Shown here one piece after another: positions 36,282-51,107 of a DNA stretch of 64,000 nucleotides; positions within the stretch are counted from its first letter, which is position 1; each line of letters starts with the position of its first letter. Below the pieces are notes generated by a model. It was not told where the DNA came from and made no database searches. It saw nothing but the letters and a program-made list of their open reading frames with translations. The DNA comes from Eledone cirrhosa. Taxonomy: Eukaryota. The stretch is from NCBI GenBank assembly GCA_964016885.1, contig OZ024741.1:80662001-80726000 (forward strand). Direction: 5' to 3'. A program made the translations under genes and the position numbers.

Positions 36282-39057
36282 TCTCCTTATAATATATAAC
36301 CAGCAATTTCTTTGTCTGTCTGTCCGACAGTGGAAACACGTGCGCGCGTGCGAATGTTTTTTGCGCACGCGTAGAGTGAGAGTGAAAGAAAGAGACAGAC
36401 TACGAGAGGGGGATAGCGGGAGGGAGAGAGAGAGAGTGAATAGACGCTAAAACATGTGCGAATGTTTTTTGCGCACGCGTAGAGAGAGTGAGAGTGAAAG
36501 AAAGAGACAGACTACAAGAGGGGGATAGCGGGAGGGAGAGAGGGGGGGAATTGAGGAGTGCTACAGAAACATATATACATTTCTGTGTGTGTGTAATATA
36601 TATATATATACACACACAGAAATATATATATATACACACAGAAATATATATACATTTCTGTGTGTGTAATATATATATATACTAGCAGAAAACCACCCGG
36701 TGGGCGGTTTTCTGGTAGTCTCCTTATAATATATAACCAGCAATTTCTCTGTCTGTCTGTCCGACGCGTAGAGAGAGAGTGAGAGTGAAAGAAAGAGAAA
36801 GACTACAAGAGGGGGATAGCGGGAGGGAGAGAGAGAGACGCTGGAAGGGGGGAAGGAATGTTATGTTTTGCTGTCTGCATTACGATACATATATATATAC
36901 ACACACACACACTGAGCGCGTCATAATGACGTAATGCAGACATACAGACAGCCAGACATACAGACAGATATTATAAGAGCACAACGTTATATCTATGTAT
37001 CTATCTAAAAAGAAAGACTAAGAATTATATAGAGAGAACGCTAAATCGCCTAATGCGGTCCCTAGGGCATTGAAAAATTGAAATAATTTTTGCTCAAAAC
37101 ACTCACAGGACCATAAGTATTACATGTCTAAAGTTTGAAAACAATCGGTTGGATGGTTCTCAAGTTTTAGTGAGCTGACAGACAGACATTCTCTGTTTTA
37201 GATATATAGACTAGCAGAAAACCGCCCCCGGTTTAAAACTGAGGATGTCTGTCTGTGTGTGTGTGAGTTTGAATCCCTAAAACTCGAGAACTACCCAACT
37301 GACTGTTTTCAAACTTTACACATATAATACTTGTGTTTCAGGGAGTGTTCTGAGCAAAAAGAAATTTCAAATTTTCAATGCTCTAGGGACCGCATTAGGC
37401 AATTTAGTGATCTCTCTCTATAATTCTTAGTCTTTCTCTTTTTAGATAGATACATATAACATCGAGCCCTTATAATATCTGCCTGTATGTCTGACTGTCT
37501 GCATTACGTCACTTCCCTGAGGATGGCTGTGTGTGTGTGTGTGTGTGTGTGTCTGTGAGTTTGAATCCCTAAATCTCGAAGTACCCAACCGACATTTTTC
37601 AAACTTTACATGTATATTACTTATGTTTCAGGGAGTGTTATGCACATAAAAAATTTCAACTTTTTGATCCCCTAGGGCCCACATTAGTTGAAAAACTGCG
37701 TTTTTTCAGTTTTTTAAGAGTTTTTTGAGTCATTACGTCAGACTGATTTCCTTGAAATTGTAACTATCTATTAGTCAGTCTCTTCTTCAATCCGTGAGCA
37801 AAGAAATCCAACTTTTTTATGGCCTAGGACCCGCATTAGGTGAAAAACTTCATTTTTTCAGCTTTTTATGGCTTTTTGAGGCGTTACGTCTAGCCGATTT
37901 TCCCGAAATTTCAAGGCATATTATGCACATAAAAAAATTCATTTTTTTCATCCCCTAGGGCCCGCATTAGGTGAAAACCTGCATTTTTCCTGCTTCATCG
38001 AGGAAAATCTTAAAGATTATCCAGCCATCAGAGTATTCAGTTTATTTTCTTTACATATTGTCCACGCATGCAGTTTTTCCACAATTAGGTCTGTTGGCGG
38101 CCAGCGTTCCAAAACACCTTATCCCGTGAAACGCTGGGTACCACTGCTAGTCTATATATATAAAACTGAGGATGTCTGTCTGTGTGTGTGTGAGTTCGAA
38201 TCCCTAAAACTCGAGAACCACCCAACCGACTGCTTTCAAACTTTACATGTGTAATACTTATGTTTCAGGGAGTGTTCTGAGCAAAAAAAGTTTCAAATTT
38301 TCTATGCCCCAGGGACCACATTAGGCGATCTCTTTCTATAATTCTTAGTCTTTCTCTTTTTAGATAGATACATACTTATAACGTCGCGCCCTTATAATAT
38401 CTGTCTGTATGTCTGACTGTCTGCATTACGTCACTTCCTTGAGGATGTCTGTGTGTGTCTGAGAGAGAGTTTGAATCCCTAAAACTCGAAGTACCCAACC
38501 GATTTTTTTCAAACTTTACATGTGTATTACTTATGTTTCAGGGAGTGTTATGCACATAAAAAAATTCAACTTTTTTTTATCTCCTAGGGCCCGCATTAGG
38601 TGAAAAACTGCGTTGTTTAACATTTTTAGGGTTTTTTTGAGGCGTTACGTCAGACCGATTTCCTTGAAATTGTAACTATGTATTAGTCAGTCTCTTCTTC
38701 ATACTGTAAGCAAAGAAAATCCAACTTTCTTATGGCCTAGGGCCCGCATTAGGTGAAAAACTTCATATTTTCAGCTTCTTAGGGCTTTTTGGAGACGTTA
38801 CATCTAGCTGATTTTCCCGAAATTTCAAGGCATATTATGCACATAAAAAAAATTCATTTTCTTGATCCCCTAGGGCCCGTATTAGGTGAAAACCTGCATT
38901 TTTCCTGCTTTATCGAGGAAAATCTTAAAGATTATCCAGCCATCAGAGTATTCGGTTTATTTTCTTTACATATTGTCCAGGCATGCAGTTTTTAGGTCTA
39001 TTGGCGGCCCGCGTTCCAAAATACTTTATCCCGTGCAACGCCGGGTACCACTGCTAG
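36282..39057. mobile_element. Chain of non-autonomous Helitron-like elements in both orientations
   Basis: TC starts at 36282, 36719, 38151 (+) and 37210 (-). Hairpin+CTAG ends at 38150 and 39057. There are direct CTAG|TC junctions and two ~900-bp tandem copies (37234-38150, 38151-39057). The whole block sits between an A and a T. Confidence 0.8.
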
Positions 39058-42000
39058 TAGCTAATATTAGTTAATTCTTTTGGTACTTAACTACCTATAC
39101 AAAATTGTTTATTTTAAATGTTTATATTTATCTAAAAATTTTCCACCATAATTTTATGTTAGAACATTTGTTAAGTTATGTGCCAACCAGCAGCTTTATA
39201 ATGAGAAAATTAATTATATTATTAAATACCTCTGAATTCTTGATAATTTCAAAATTATTTGAAAATCATAAGCCAGTGCCTTTCATTAGAAATATAAACA
39301 AGGTTTAAATATTAATGATGCCATATAACTGCAGTTATAATAGTTTTGATATCAAACTGCCTAAAGCCACCCTTGGTTCTATAATACAAAACTGTTTATT
39401 GTTAAGTATTTATATTTCCCTAAAAAAGAAACCTTTCATCATGATTTTATGTAAGAACCTTTAACCCTTTAGCATTTAAACCGGCTGTATCCAGCCAGAA
39501 TTCTCTCACTTTTTCCTGTTCCAACTGGCTGTAATCGACCATGTATACTTATGTTAAGGTATTATTCTCAAAATAAAAAATATCAAAATCTCATAGATTT
39601 GATATTATGTGAGATAAAGCCTTTACTGCGAAAATACAATAGTATATAATATATACTATTGTATAATATCTTGTTCCAAACACCAGCTTAATGAAAAAGG
39701 TAGTTAAATTCAAATTTTTGATAATTCAAATTTTTGATAATTTTAAAATTCGTTGGGAGTGCCTCATTAAAAATATGGAAAGGAAAGTGTTAAAGCATTT
39801 GAAATTAACTTAATGATAATAACTTGATATTTGAAAATGTTGTTTTTACCTACCCCAGACAGAACAATTGATTAAAGTCTTATTTCCATAGCATTTCTAG
39901 TTACTAACTTGTTATTGGCAAAGGCTGTCTAGTTCTCACCAACCTACTTTACTACTGTTCCATTGCTAATAGACACTACTTAGGTAACTGGATCATTGCT
40001 ACACCAGCCTGATTTCTGGGATCAGAGATGTTAAAGCTGCTGAGTAATAATCAATAGGCAATCACTGGCCTACTAAGACAGAAAGCTTAACACATTACCA
40101 TTCCTCTACTTTTACTCCTTTTCCATACTTTGCTTTTAAACCCAATATCTCTTACACAATCTATAAAAACAGCACCATGCAGTTTTCAGGAAATATTTTA
40201 TGAAATACAACAAGCCATTTTGTGTTATGTTCTTTTTCTCTCAATAATTTTCTTTTTTGGAATATCGTGATCACCATAATCATCATAACCATCATCATCA
40301 TCATCAACATTTTAATGTTTGTTTATCCGAAAGTTAGATGAGAGCTTTTTGTGGCAGTTTATTTATGGTTACATGCCCTTCTTGACACCAGCCCATACCT
40401 TATTCCAAGTATGGTATATATATATACTGGTGACATTTAAGTGTTATGCTGCAGGACATATTGTTTAAGGAGGACATAAACAACTGTTACCATCTAACTT
40501 CATAAACATTGTCAATATGATGTTTATAGCATACACACACAAACACACACTCATATATACATATGTGTGTCTGTATTATATATATATATATATGCTTCCT
40601 TACAGTTTCTATCTACCATATCCTCTCACAAGATTTAGGTTATCCTGGGATTGTTATAGGTGAGGACATTTGTTCAAGGTACCATGCAGTGGGATTGAAC
40701 CCCAAACCACGTAGTTGCAAATCAAACTTCTTAACAGCACATATTCTAGTATATCTGTTATTTATTTTGCATAATTTTGCCGTTTTCTATAGCATAATGG
40801 TAAGAATCTCCACCTGTCATATGGAAGAACAGGGCTGGATTTCCTACTGAAGAGGCTCTTAATTTCTGAAGGTGGTTCCCCAGCATGGCCATAATTTAAT
40901 GACTGAAACCAATCAATGAAATGTTTAATATTACTGGTGGTTAACAACTTCTTTTTGTGAACTGATATATAAATATTTATAAATATATCTTTAACAAAGG
41001 GTTGGGAGGACCCTTTACTTGAAGCAAGGACATGACAACCTCGCTAGTGTTGTTGATCTACATGATAAATGCACCCAGTACATACTGTGAACTGGTTGGT
41101 GATAGGAAGGGCTTCTAGCTGTAGAAAGGTTGCCAAACAAAGGGTTGGGAGGATTCTTTAGTTATGTCAAGGACATGACAACCTCCTTAGTGCTGGTGAT
41201 CTACACAATAAAAGCACCCAGTACATGCTGTAAAGTGGTTGGTGTAAGGAAGAGCATCCAGCCATAGGAAGCTTGTCAAACTTGTCAAAAGACATAAAAA
41301 CTTCTCCTGTACACTTGATAGAACATATGACCATATGTGAGATGCTGATCCCTCAGCCTGTCTGTGAGACCAATAGGCCCACTTCTGTACTGACTTGATC
41401 TATTTAGACATGTTGAACCCTTGCTAGCAGGGAAAGCAAGTGTTAAATGATGATGATGTTCACATATTCTTTATTCCATTTGGTAATAAAATAAAATTCT
41501 CAACACATTTGTTTAACCTTTTTGATATAAACCCGCCCCAAATCAGCTTTGGTTCTATAAATCAAAACCCCCAATTTGAAAGGTCTTTTATTTAAATTAA
41601 ATCTTTCAAAATAATTTCCTATCATAACAATTTTTTCATGTTATAAATACTATTCTAGTAATGAAATAATTAATAATTTTTGTAGACCTCTCAAAATTTA
41701 TTAACAAAATTAAATTCCATGTATTTTATTAGAAATATGGTCATGAAAGGGTTAAAATAGATATGCTTTGCTTTTGTTTTTATTCAGCCATATCATAATT
41801 TCAAGAATTCAATTAAATACTTGGTTGTTTTCTTTTCAATGCCAACTTTGTAACAAAATACACTCTCTTTCTCTCTCTTAACTTATTTTTTTCATTTTTT
41901 TAAATATATAAAAATCGATGTTTATTGGAAACCTTTTTGTTCTGTAGGATTAGATATTAAATATTTAAAATTAATTATCAGTTATTATTTATAGTATTTA

Positions 42001-44007
42001 ATTGCAGTGTGCTATCAATTATGATAATTTCAAATCAATGCATGTTAACTAAAGCTAATGTATTTTACTTATCTCACATTATTAACACATTCAAGTAATA
42101 TGTGAGAGTGGAATCATAAGGGCATACTTTAGATAATTAATTTCATCTAGGTATATGGAGGTAAATAGGGTGGTGGGATTTACTTAATGACATTGTAGTT
42201 CTGTGTTCGTGGGCATTTTTTGTTGTTGTTGAGCTGTTTAGTTAGAGAGGGAATGCCTTGTGGTATTTATTCCAGCAGCTCTCTGAGTTCAAATCCTACT
42301 GAATTCAAACCTTGCATCTCATCCTTTTCGGATCGATAAAATAAAGGAATAGTTCAGGTTGGTGGATTGGTGGAATTGTTAAAGTAGTAGGTGAAATGCC
42401 TTGCGGTATTTTTTTTCTGGCTCTTTGCTTTCTGAATTCAAATCCCACCGTGGCCTACTTGGGTGGTAGACTTAATCCATTGCCTGGTTTAACACAACCA
42501 TCTGGCATTTTAGAGTGCCTTTCAAAAGCATTTGATCCAGGACTTTGGTTTAAAGATACTTTCTCCCCTCCCTCCTACCAGTCTCAAAGGCCATGTAAAG
42601 GGTCATGGTCACAGTTGCCCCCCTCCCATTAGTCAGTAAAAAAAGGGTGGAGAGAAGGAGGGAATTGAAAAGAATAACGTTTGGTTATATAAATTGTGAA
42701 TTAGGTTAATATTTTCACTAGATATAATTACTTGTAACCAGTTTTTAATTTATGCTATTAAACAGACAAGTGTTTTAAGACCATTTTCCTTGTTAAAGCT
42801 GGGTTTATCTTTTCAGGCCTCATCATCATAATCATTTCATTTTACGTCCGCTTTTCCCTGCTTCTCCCCTCAACTTCCCTTTGATTTTTATTTCTTCCTT
42901 TATCTTCAGTCATGTTTTTCTTGCTCTTTCGTTAGTGTCCTGTCCAGAAATATTTCTCTGTTATCCAATGTATCGAGGACTCCTTGGTGTTTGTGTTATC
43001 AATTTAGATGAGAGAGAAATGTTCTTGGTTAGAGCACAAGATTTTCAAAGTGTAACTTTTCCAGATGAAATAGAATCAGTTTTTCAATTAAATGCATTAT
43101 TTCTAAAATGAGTGGCCCTGTACCATCAATAATGATGGCAATAGTGATGAATGTATTTAATTTTAGGAGTCCAGGATTGGTATGCCATATATTCCAGGAT
43201 TATTAGATATGTGAATACTCATACAAACTGGGAAATTTGTTTTGATAAATTAATAGTTTGCATAAGAGAAACTTTATAGTTTATGTTGATTACTGACACA
43301 TGGGAGTAACTAGAATGATATTTTAATAAGTTATTTCTAGAATATAATTACATAAAAGTTCAGAATATATGTACAAATTTTCTTCTTCTTGTATGACATA
43401 TGCACAATGGTCAGAGAGACAGATCGAGATTGCTGGATTGCTGAGCCAGACTAAAGTATCATTTGTAGAATCATGAATTGCCTCCAGGCTGCAAGGAAAA
43501 CGTCTGAGGGGGCAATCCCAAACAACATGCAGCATTGTCTGGTCAGAGTTAACACAATCACATGCTGGGCTGTCTTTTCCAATTAAGGAACACCGAATGT
43601 CATACAGGATTAAATGTATGAGTGACTTTGGAGAAATAACTATTTATAGCAAAGCAGATGTAGCATTAGAACCCAGGTCCTTGTGATTGGAAACCTCATT
43701 ATTGTAGCAACATGACTGAGATAAGAAATGTATCGTGTGTGTATGCATGTGTAAATTTGAAAGAGTTACAGACAGAGATATATATAAATATTCAAACATA
43801 CACGGCATATGGTTAATTTGCCTTTGGATATAAAGTCCTGTCTTGGTTTGTTTAACTTATTTGAACTCTCTCTTCTTTCAAATTCCCATTTCACTCAGAA
43901 CATATACATATTAATTTTTATATTTCCAATAAATGTTGGTCTTTTAACTTTTTCACAAGTTGAATTACTAGTTAACATGTTATACCTCTGGCACACTATT
44001 CATAAAG

Positions 44008-44073
<66 letters not shown>

Positions 44074-47000
44074 CTGTTCGTATGCGTGTGTGGGTATATC
44101 TGTGTGTATGTGTCTGTATGTCTGTGCATGTGTCTGTGTGTTAAAGGCAAAAAAAAATTTACATTGACATCTGAGACCGATGAAAATACTTTTTTGCTTT
44201 TAAAAGATGTTAAAAATTTTCTTTTAATCCCAAACTGTTTTGTTAGTAAGAAATTGATATAAAGTTTCTTTTAGGGAATGTAGATTAAATTCTTGTTTAA
44301 TAGACACTTCATATATAAGGTGAAATAAAAAGTAAGATTTGTGCTGACCTTTTGACGTGAGTGCTTAAGTAGATTATAGATCAATATTAGTATGAGCATA
44401 GAGGTGAACGAGGGAGCCTCTACATGGTCACTTATTCAACCCACTAGAAATAGTAACTAAATTGCCTTCAAATCACATCACACTACACACTATCTTAAAA
44501 ACAGGAACGGACATATAGGTAAGATAGTAGAGTCCTAAATATCCAAGAAAAGATGGAATGGTCACTTTTGAATTGTATTTGATTGTAGGTCAGCTTAAAC
44601 CATGTTAACCTTCAGTTGTTATTTTAACATCAGCCCATCTCATAAAAGAAACCTATCGGCTCCCTTGAGTTTTGATTGGAGCTTTCTCCACTCCCTATAT
44701 TTTGAAGGCATTCTTGTTCCAGCTTCAAACATTTCTCTCAGAGGCACTGGAACTAACCAGCATAGAGATAACTGTGGATAAAAACAGGAAAGGAGCTGAT
44801 TGCCAGCTTGGACCAAGAAAACTATATGTTTATTGGTCTTTCTGTTGCTGATAATATCTGTTGCTTGCATCCCCTGATAGGAGGCAAAATTTGTACTCAG
44901 AATACACAGGGCCAGATCAGATTTCACAAAATATACTGTCAAACTCATTAACAACTCCAATTCATTGAATATGCAGCCACATTCTTTGTTAGCCTGTATG
45001 TATATATATATGTGGGAGTCCATCCATCCATGGAAAATCGATGTTAAATTGTCGTGATGATGATATATATGACAACCTCTGCTGTGCAAACGATAGAACA
45101 TGAGACACAGTGAGACACAGGTCTCTTACCTGTCTGGGAGATCAGTAGCCCAGCTTCAATACTGACTTGGTCTATGTATCCAACCTTTGCTAACAGGGAA
45201 CGATGATGATAGTATGTGTGTGCATGCGTGCGTTCTGCTCTGACACTAATATTAGTTTTCATTGATACTATTGATACCTGCTGTTGCAATGGCTGTTTGT
45301 GTCCAATATGGTTTATATTTTCCAAACTAACATTTGTCTCTTTGTTAATTGATTATAGACTATGTGTTTTGTTTCTCTCTCCTTTTGATCATTGTTAATG
45401 ATATTCCACCAGTTTCATATTGATTTCCTTAATTATATTTAACTAAGATCAATCAAATTATTTATACTGTGCCATGCTAATCAATACCAGCTAAGAAATA
45501 GGTTCTGGGAAGTGATTATATATCAAAATCTTTACTTTTCTTTCTTATTTTCTTCCTTGTTAAATAAAATTCTGTTGGATTTTTTTATTTTTTTTATTTG
45601 AGATTAAGTAAGTTTATAAATAAAATTCCGGCTTAGAACCTAAAGAGGTTTATCTGTCTAAGGTTGTATATTATTATTTTTTTTTGTACTGCTTTCCACA
45701 CATTTTTCTCCATTGTGGTAAATTGGGACACTGCATATTCTAGGAAGAAATATTTTTTCTAGTTGGTAGAGAGGGCTCCTCATTTGTGTCAAGGACAAGA
45801 CAACCTCTTTAGTGCTGGTGCCATGATAAAATGCACTCAGTACATTGTAAAGTGGTTGTTATTAGGAAGGGCTTCCAGCTGTAGAAGTCGAAAAGAGTAG
45901 AGAGGATTCTTCAGTTGCATCAAGGCCACAACAACCTCTCTAGTGATGTTATAATAAAATAACTCCAGTTGGTCAGCTCATGACTATAATAGAAGAATCA
46001 TGCCCAATGTGCTACACATTTGGATTGAACCCAAAATCATATGGTTGTGAAGTAAACTTCTTAACCACACAACCATGCCTGTATTAAATTAATTAATCAA
46101 TATTTACTTTACATATTATATCTTCTTCAAGTTCCTCTATTATTTATTCCATTCATTCTGCCATCTCCTGTTGCTATTCTGTCTGTAGTAATGTGAATGT
46201 CCTTCTACCACTGTAAATGTCAGCATGATTACAGATTACCATTGACAACTTTAACAAGATATTCATATGTCAAATCATAGAAAAATAAGAATAAAAGCTA
46301 GAAGCAGCAAGAAATGAGAATGTTTACACTAAACTGAATCTATTCGATAGATTATGTGAAGTTCGATGAAAGTTAAGTGAACTGACGACAATGATATCAA
46401 CCTTCCTGCTATTGATAAAGTAGTGGCAAAATTGTAACAATTGTAGAATGGGCAAACATTATGAGCACCCTCTCTCCAAAAATGGGGGAGTGCTAAACTG
46501 CAGTTATGCTGAAAGAACATTTAATACTGTACAATATATGTCATAGAGCTGGCATGGCTGTATGGTTAAGAAGATTGTGACACAACCACATGGTTTTTTT
46601 GGGTTCATTCTCTCAGTTAATTTCATGAACATGTTCCAGTGATAAAAAAACTGGAACACTCATTGTTGAACCCATTCCTTCTATTCCTTACTAGCTGTAA
46701 AAAGCATTCAAGTTACTTTTTGCATTCATACTTGGGTGAAGGTCCTACTGTCCTGAGCAGATATGTAGATTCGGTCACTTGTCATACACCATTACAGAGG
46801 CAGAATTTACAATAGATTACTCCAGCCAGTAGGCATCTCTAACAAAGTACACCCCGTCCCACCACCTCCACACCACCCCGTTCTATGTAAAGTTATGTTG
46901 GTGCCGCGCCATCCAGGCCGAAACAAATGAGATCGTGTAGGTGTCACAACAAAAAAACACACAGTCCACGCTGTAATGTGGCCGTGTAGGCAACACGGTA

Positions 47001-47317
47001 AAAACCTCCCAGACCCACACTGTAAATGTGGTTGGTGTTAGGAAGGGCATCCAACTGTAGAAAACCTGCCAGACAGTCCTATGCGAGCAAGACAATCACT
47101 CTTGCCTCAAGTGGGACTACCCCCGTCCAAACCCATGCAAGCGTGGAACACGGACGTTAAACGTTGATGATGATGATGATGATGATGATCAATATATAGC
47201 AATATAGTCAATATCTTTGTTGCACTCACTCACTCCTCCACACACTCACACTCACTTCTTCACTTAAACACACACTTGCTCCACACATGCTCACTCACTC
47301 CTTCTCTCTCTCTCTCT

Positions 47318-47410
<93 letters not shown>

Positions 47411-48033
47411 TTAGTAAATGATAAGCAGCTGATAGGAGAGTGGTGGTATAGGCTACAAAGATAATAGCACAGATCTACTTCCATTATAATTGTTTAGCTA
47501 TTATCTGCCATAATAATAATACAGATCTGCAATATATTATGAGCATGATGGTATATACACAGTGAAGATGCTGTATTAAAACATTTAATCAATTTCATTA
47601 GGTCTGGATCATAAAAGCAATTTGGCAAAGAAAATTGTTGACTGTGAAATTAGCTAGTATAGTGCTTTACTGTAACATGTTATTACAGACTATGAATTGA
47701 TCCTCAATAATCATATTGGAGACAAATTCATTCTCTGGGTTTTCTTTAAAATAGGATTCTAATATATTGACATGGTCAGATAAAAAAATGATCTATTATT
47801 GATAAATCATGTAAACCAGTACTACCTGTTTAATTGTTGGGCTGTTGGTTACTGGTGTGTGGAGGGTGGATGGATAGCTTAGCAAGATTTTAAAAAAATG
47901 CATGTGTACAAGGGTGGATGAATGCGCCAAAAAGTCAACAGCCAGTCTATAAACAAACCTACAAATGGAAATCTCATTGAGTTAATCATTGCTAACTCTC
48001 TTGGCAACCTTTGCACCCAGTTGTCTTTTTCAG

Positions 48034-48074
48034 CTGTACTGGCCTTGCTATTCCTCTGATCCAGGGAGGTGCAG
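48034..48074 (+). CDS. Possible 41-bp micro-exon
   Basis: TTGTCTTTTTCAG acceptor and CAG|GTAAGA donor. Two of three frames are open. No homology support. Confidence 0.2.
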
Positions 48075-48161
48075 GTAAGAGAAAGCGCTTGATAAGGTAC
48101 AGTCCATCAAACAGGCTTCCAAACAGTTTAAGGATAAAATGCTCAAGTAATATGAGATAAT

Positions 48162-48347
48162 TGTTTCTACTTTAGGCACAAGGCCAGCAATTATCCAGTG
48201 CATTACTGGTACTTTATTTTATCGACCCCGTAAGGATGAAAGGCAAAGTCAACCTCGGCGGGATTTGAACTTAGATCGTAAAGGGACGTAACTATGCTGG
48301 AAAGCATGGCGTCCGACCCTCTACCGATACTGCCAATCCACCGCCCT
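48162..48347 (-). mobile_element. tRNA-derived SINE with a 15-bp TSD
   Basis: TSD GTAATATGAGATAAT at 48147-48161 and 48348-48362. Same family as 1378-1567. Confidence 0.88.
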
Positions 48348-49171
48348 GTAATATGAGATAATGAAGGTTATAATGCTTAAGTAACATGAAATAATGAAGG
48401 TTATAATCCTTAAGTAACATGAAATAATAAAGGTTGTAATGTCCAAGTAACATGAGATATTAATCTTTAAACACTGCCATCAACTCCACCACCATAACCT
48501 CCCCATACATCACCACCACCTCTGTCGCAACCACCACCACCACCACTATCATTTCCATCACCATCACCACTGTCACCTACAAATTGCAGGTTTGGTAGAT
48601 AAGTCACACGTGGCTTTTCACACCTTATAGTAAACAAACTGTGATATATATCTCTGAATATATATGGTATGTGTATTATGAAAAGGTGCTTATGTTTTTG
48701 TATTGTATTTTAGGATTTGGACTGATTAACCTAGAAGAGCTGTACTTGCTGTTTTTAGTGTCTACATCTTTTTGATTAATATAAATTCAGATAATAAATA
48801 GGGAAATATCTATTTGGGATGCTAATGAAAAATAAAGTTTACTTGTTAAGAGATTTAAAACTGGAGCTAAGTACCAGCCTTCAGAGGCCTGAAAATTCCA
48901 TGTCTCAGTCTTAGTATTTAAATTTGAAACATGGACCCTCTTCCAATATAACGTTAAAAAACTTGAGTGCTTTCACAAGCAGAAACTTTAATCAATCATA
49001 ATCCAGAAATGTGAGGACCCCATCACAAACCTTTGGGAAAGTTCAAACCAACAGCATTGAAACCATCATCATCTAACATCGGTACAGATGGATTGGCCAT
49101 ATGTCCTATATCAGTAATATATTGGCCTGCCAGATTCTCTACATGGAACTCAGCATCAGCAAAAAAAAATC

Positions 49172-49690
49172 CAGTCTTGTTGGTCATCAGAAATAGAATT
49201 CACAACAAACAGAGAAGGATTGGTTTTGTTGGACATCATCAGAAATAGAATTCACAACAAACTCAGAAGGACTGGTCTTGTTGGACATCAGAAATAGGAT
49301 TAACAACAAATAGAGAAGGACTAGTCTTGTTGAACATCATCAAGAATAGACAACAAACAGAAAAGGACTGGTCTTGTTGGTCATCAGGAATAGAATTCAC
49401 AATAAACTCAGAAGGACTGGTCTTGTTGGTCATCAGGAATAGAATTCACAATAAACTCAGAAGGACTGGTCTTGTTGGTCATCAGGAATAGAATTCACAA
49501 CAAACAGAAAAAGACTGGTCTTGTTGGTCATCAGAAATAGAATTCACAATAAACTCAGAAGGACTGGTCTTGTTGGTCATCAGGAATAGAATTCACAACA
49601 AACTCAGAAGGACTGGTCTTGTTGGTCATCAGGAATAGAATTCATAACAAACAGAAAAGGACTGGTCTTGTTGGTCATCAGGAATAGAAT
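49172..49690. repeat. Minisatellite, 49-bp unit, ~10.5 copies
   Basis: Unit GAAGGACTGGTCTTGTTGGTCATCAGGAATAGAATTCACAATAAACTCA. Confidence 0.95.
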
Positions 49691-50834
49691 GAGGAAGGAA
49701 AAGACAACACAAAATATTTAGAAGTTGGAGGAAATAGCTGCTGATTACAGCAAGGTTTCTATTTCCTATTTATCTGATGTTTGACACTGATTATTTAGAG
49801 TAATAAGTGACAAACTTTCTAGGTTAGTTTCTACTGAGCAATAACAATGATAACAATATTTACTTCTAACACTCTGGACTAGATTACATACTTCAGTATT
49901 TGAATTTTAGGTAATTTTTTAGTTTTTAATTGTTTAAATAATTGCTGTTGGTTACTTTATATATAGTTCTAAATGTTTACACATATATTTACATTTATAT
50001 TTTCCTTTTGTCTTTGTGTTATTCTTCTTTGTAAATTACTTTGTTCTTCCTTTTGCTGTTGCTTTCGATATAAACATTATTGGTGGCGTCAGTGATAAGT
50101 GTAAAAACGCGTGTTTGTTAGTGTATGAGAGAACATGAATAATTGATGGCGTAAAAAAAATTACTTTTAATTACAATATAATTAAAGACTACTTTTAAAA
50201 CATTTCTCTTTACAGTAATTAATAATTTTATTATTATTTTTTAATGCTTCACTTATTTTTGGTGCTTTGATGGTCTTATTTGATTAACTTTGAGGAAATT
50301 GCCTTTTTTAATAACTTCATGCATTTTTTATTAAATATTTTCTGAAAAGAAGAACTGGAATTTTCAAATTTGTGGTTATCATAGAGGTACATCTGTTTTT
50401 GTCACTAAGTCAAGAAAGTCAAGGGTATATGCAGAAAACTTGCTGTATTTGTGATGTTGCACTTTTCTATATTTCATACGCATTTATATTAACCAGAAAT
50501 GTAATTATCTTACATACTTGTGTATAAGTAGCACCTTTTCCTGCAAAAATACATGAAAGTTGAGACTAACTTATTTACTGCACCTACAAAACTTCAATTC
50601 AAAATATATGGTACATTGTAAATGTATGTTAAATGGAGGTGTAACTTATCTATATAAGTATATACAGTATATCTGCTTTCTTAACAGTTGCATTCTTTTC
50701 TTCATTCATGGTTTCTAATATGTCATATGGTACCTCTTACTCTTTACTGCATGCAGGGATGTTGATAGATTGCATGAAATTAGAATTGTACAAAGTTTGC
50801 CTACTGATTGGAAAATATTATATTCTTTTAAATC

Positions 50835-51107
50835 CTTACGGGGTCGATAAAACAAAGTACCAGTAATACACTGGGATAATTCCTGGCCTTGTGCCAAAAG
50901 TAGAAACAATTATATTCTTTTAAATCGGTGGATTGGCAGTATCGGTAGAGGGTCGGATGCTATGCTTTCCAGCATAGTTACGTCCCTTTACGATCTGAGT
51001 TCAAATCCCGCCGAGGTTGACTTTGCCTTTCATCCTTACGGGGTCGATAAAATAAAGTACCAGTAATGCACTGGGTAATTGCTGGCCTTGTGCCTAAAGT
51101 AGAAACA
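50835..51107 (+). mobile_element. Two tandem SINE copies (5'-truncated, then near full length) with a triplicated 18-bp target site
   Basis: ATTATATTCTTTTAAATC at 50817-50834, 50909-50926 and 51108-51125. Confidence 0.88.

Noticed and set aside
49172-49690. CTGATGA in most units on the - strand, suggesting a tandem hammerhead satellite
   Set aside because: No GAAA or stem II/III follows in the unit.
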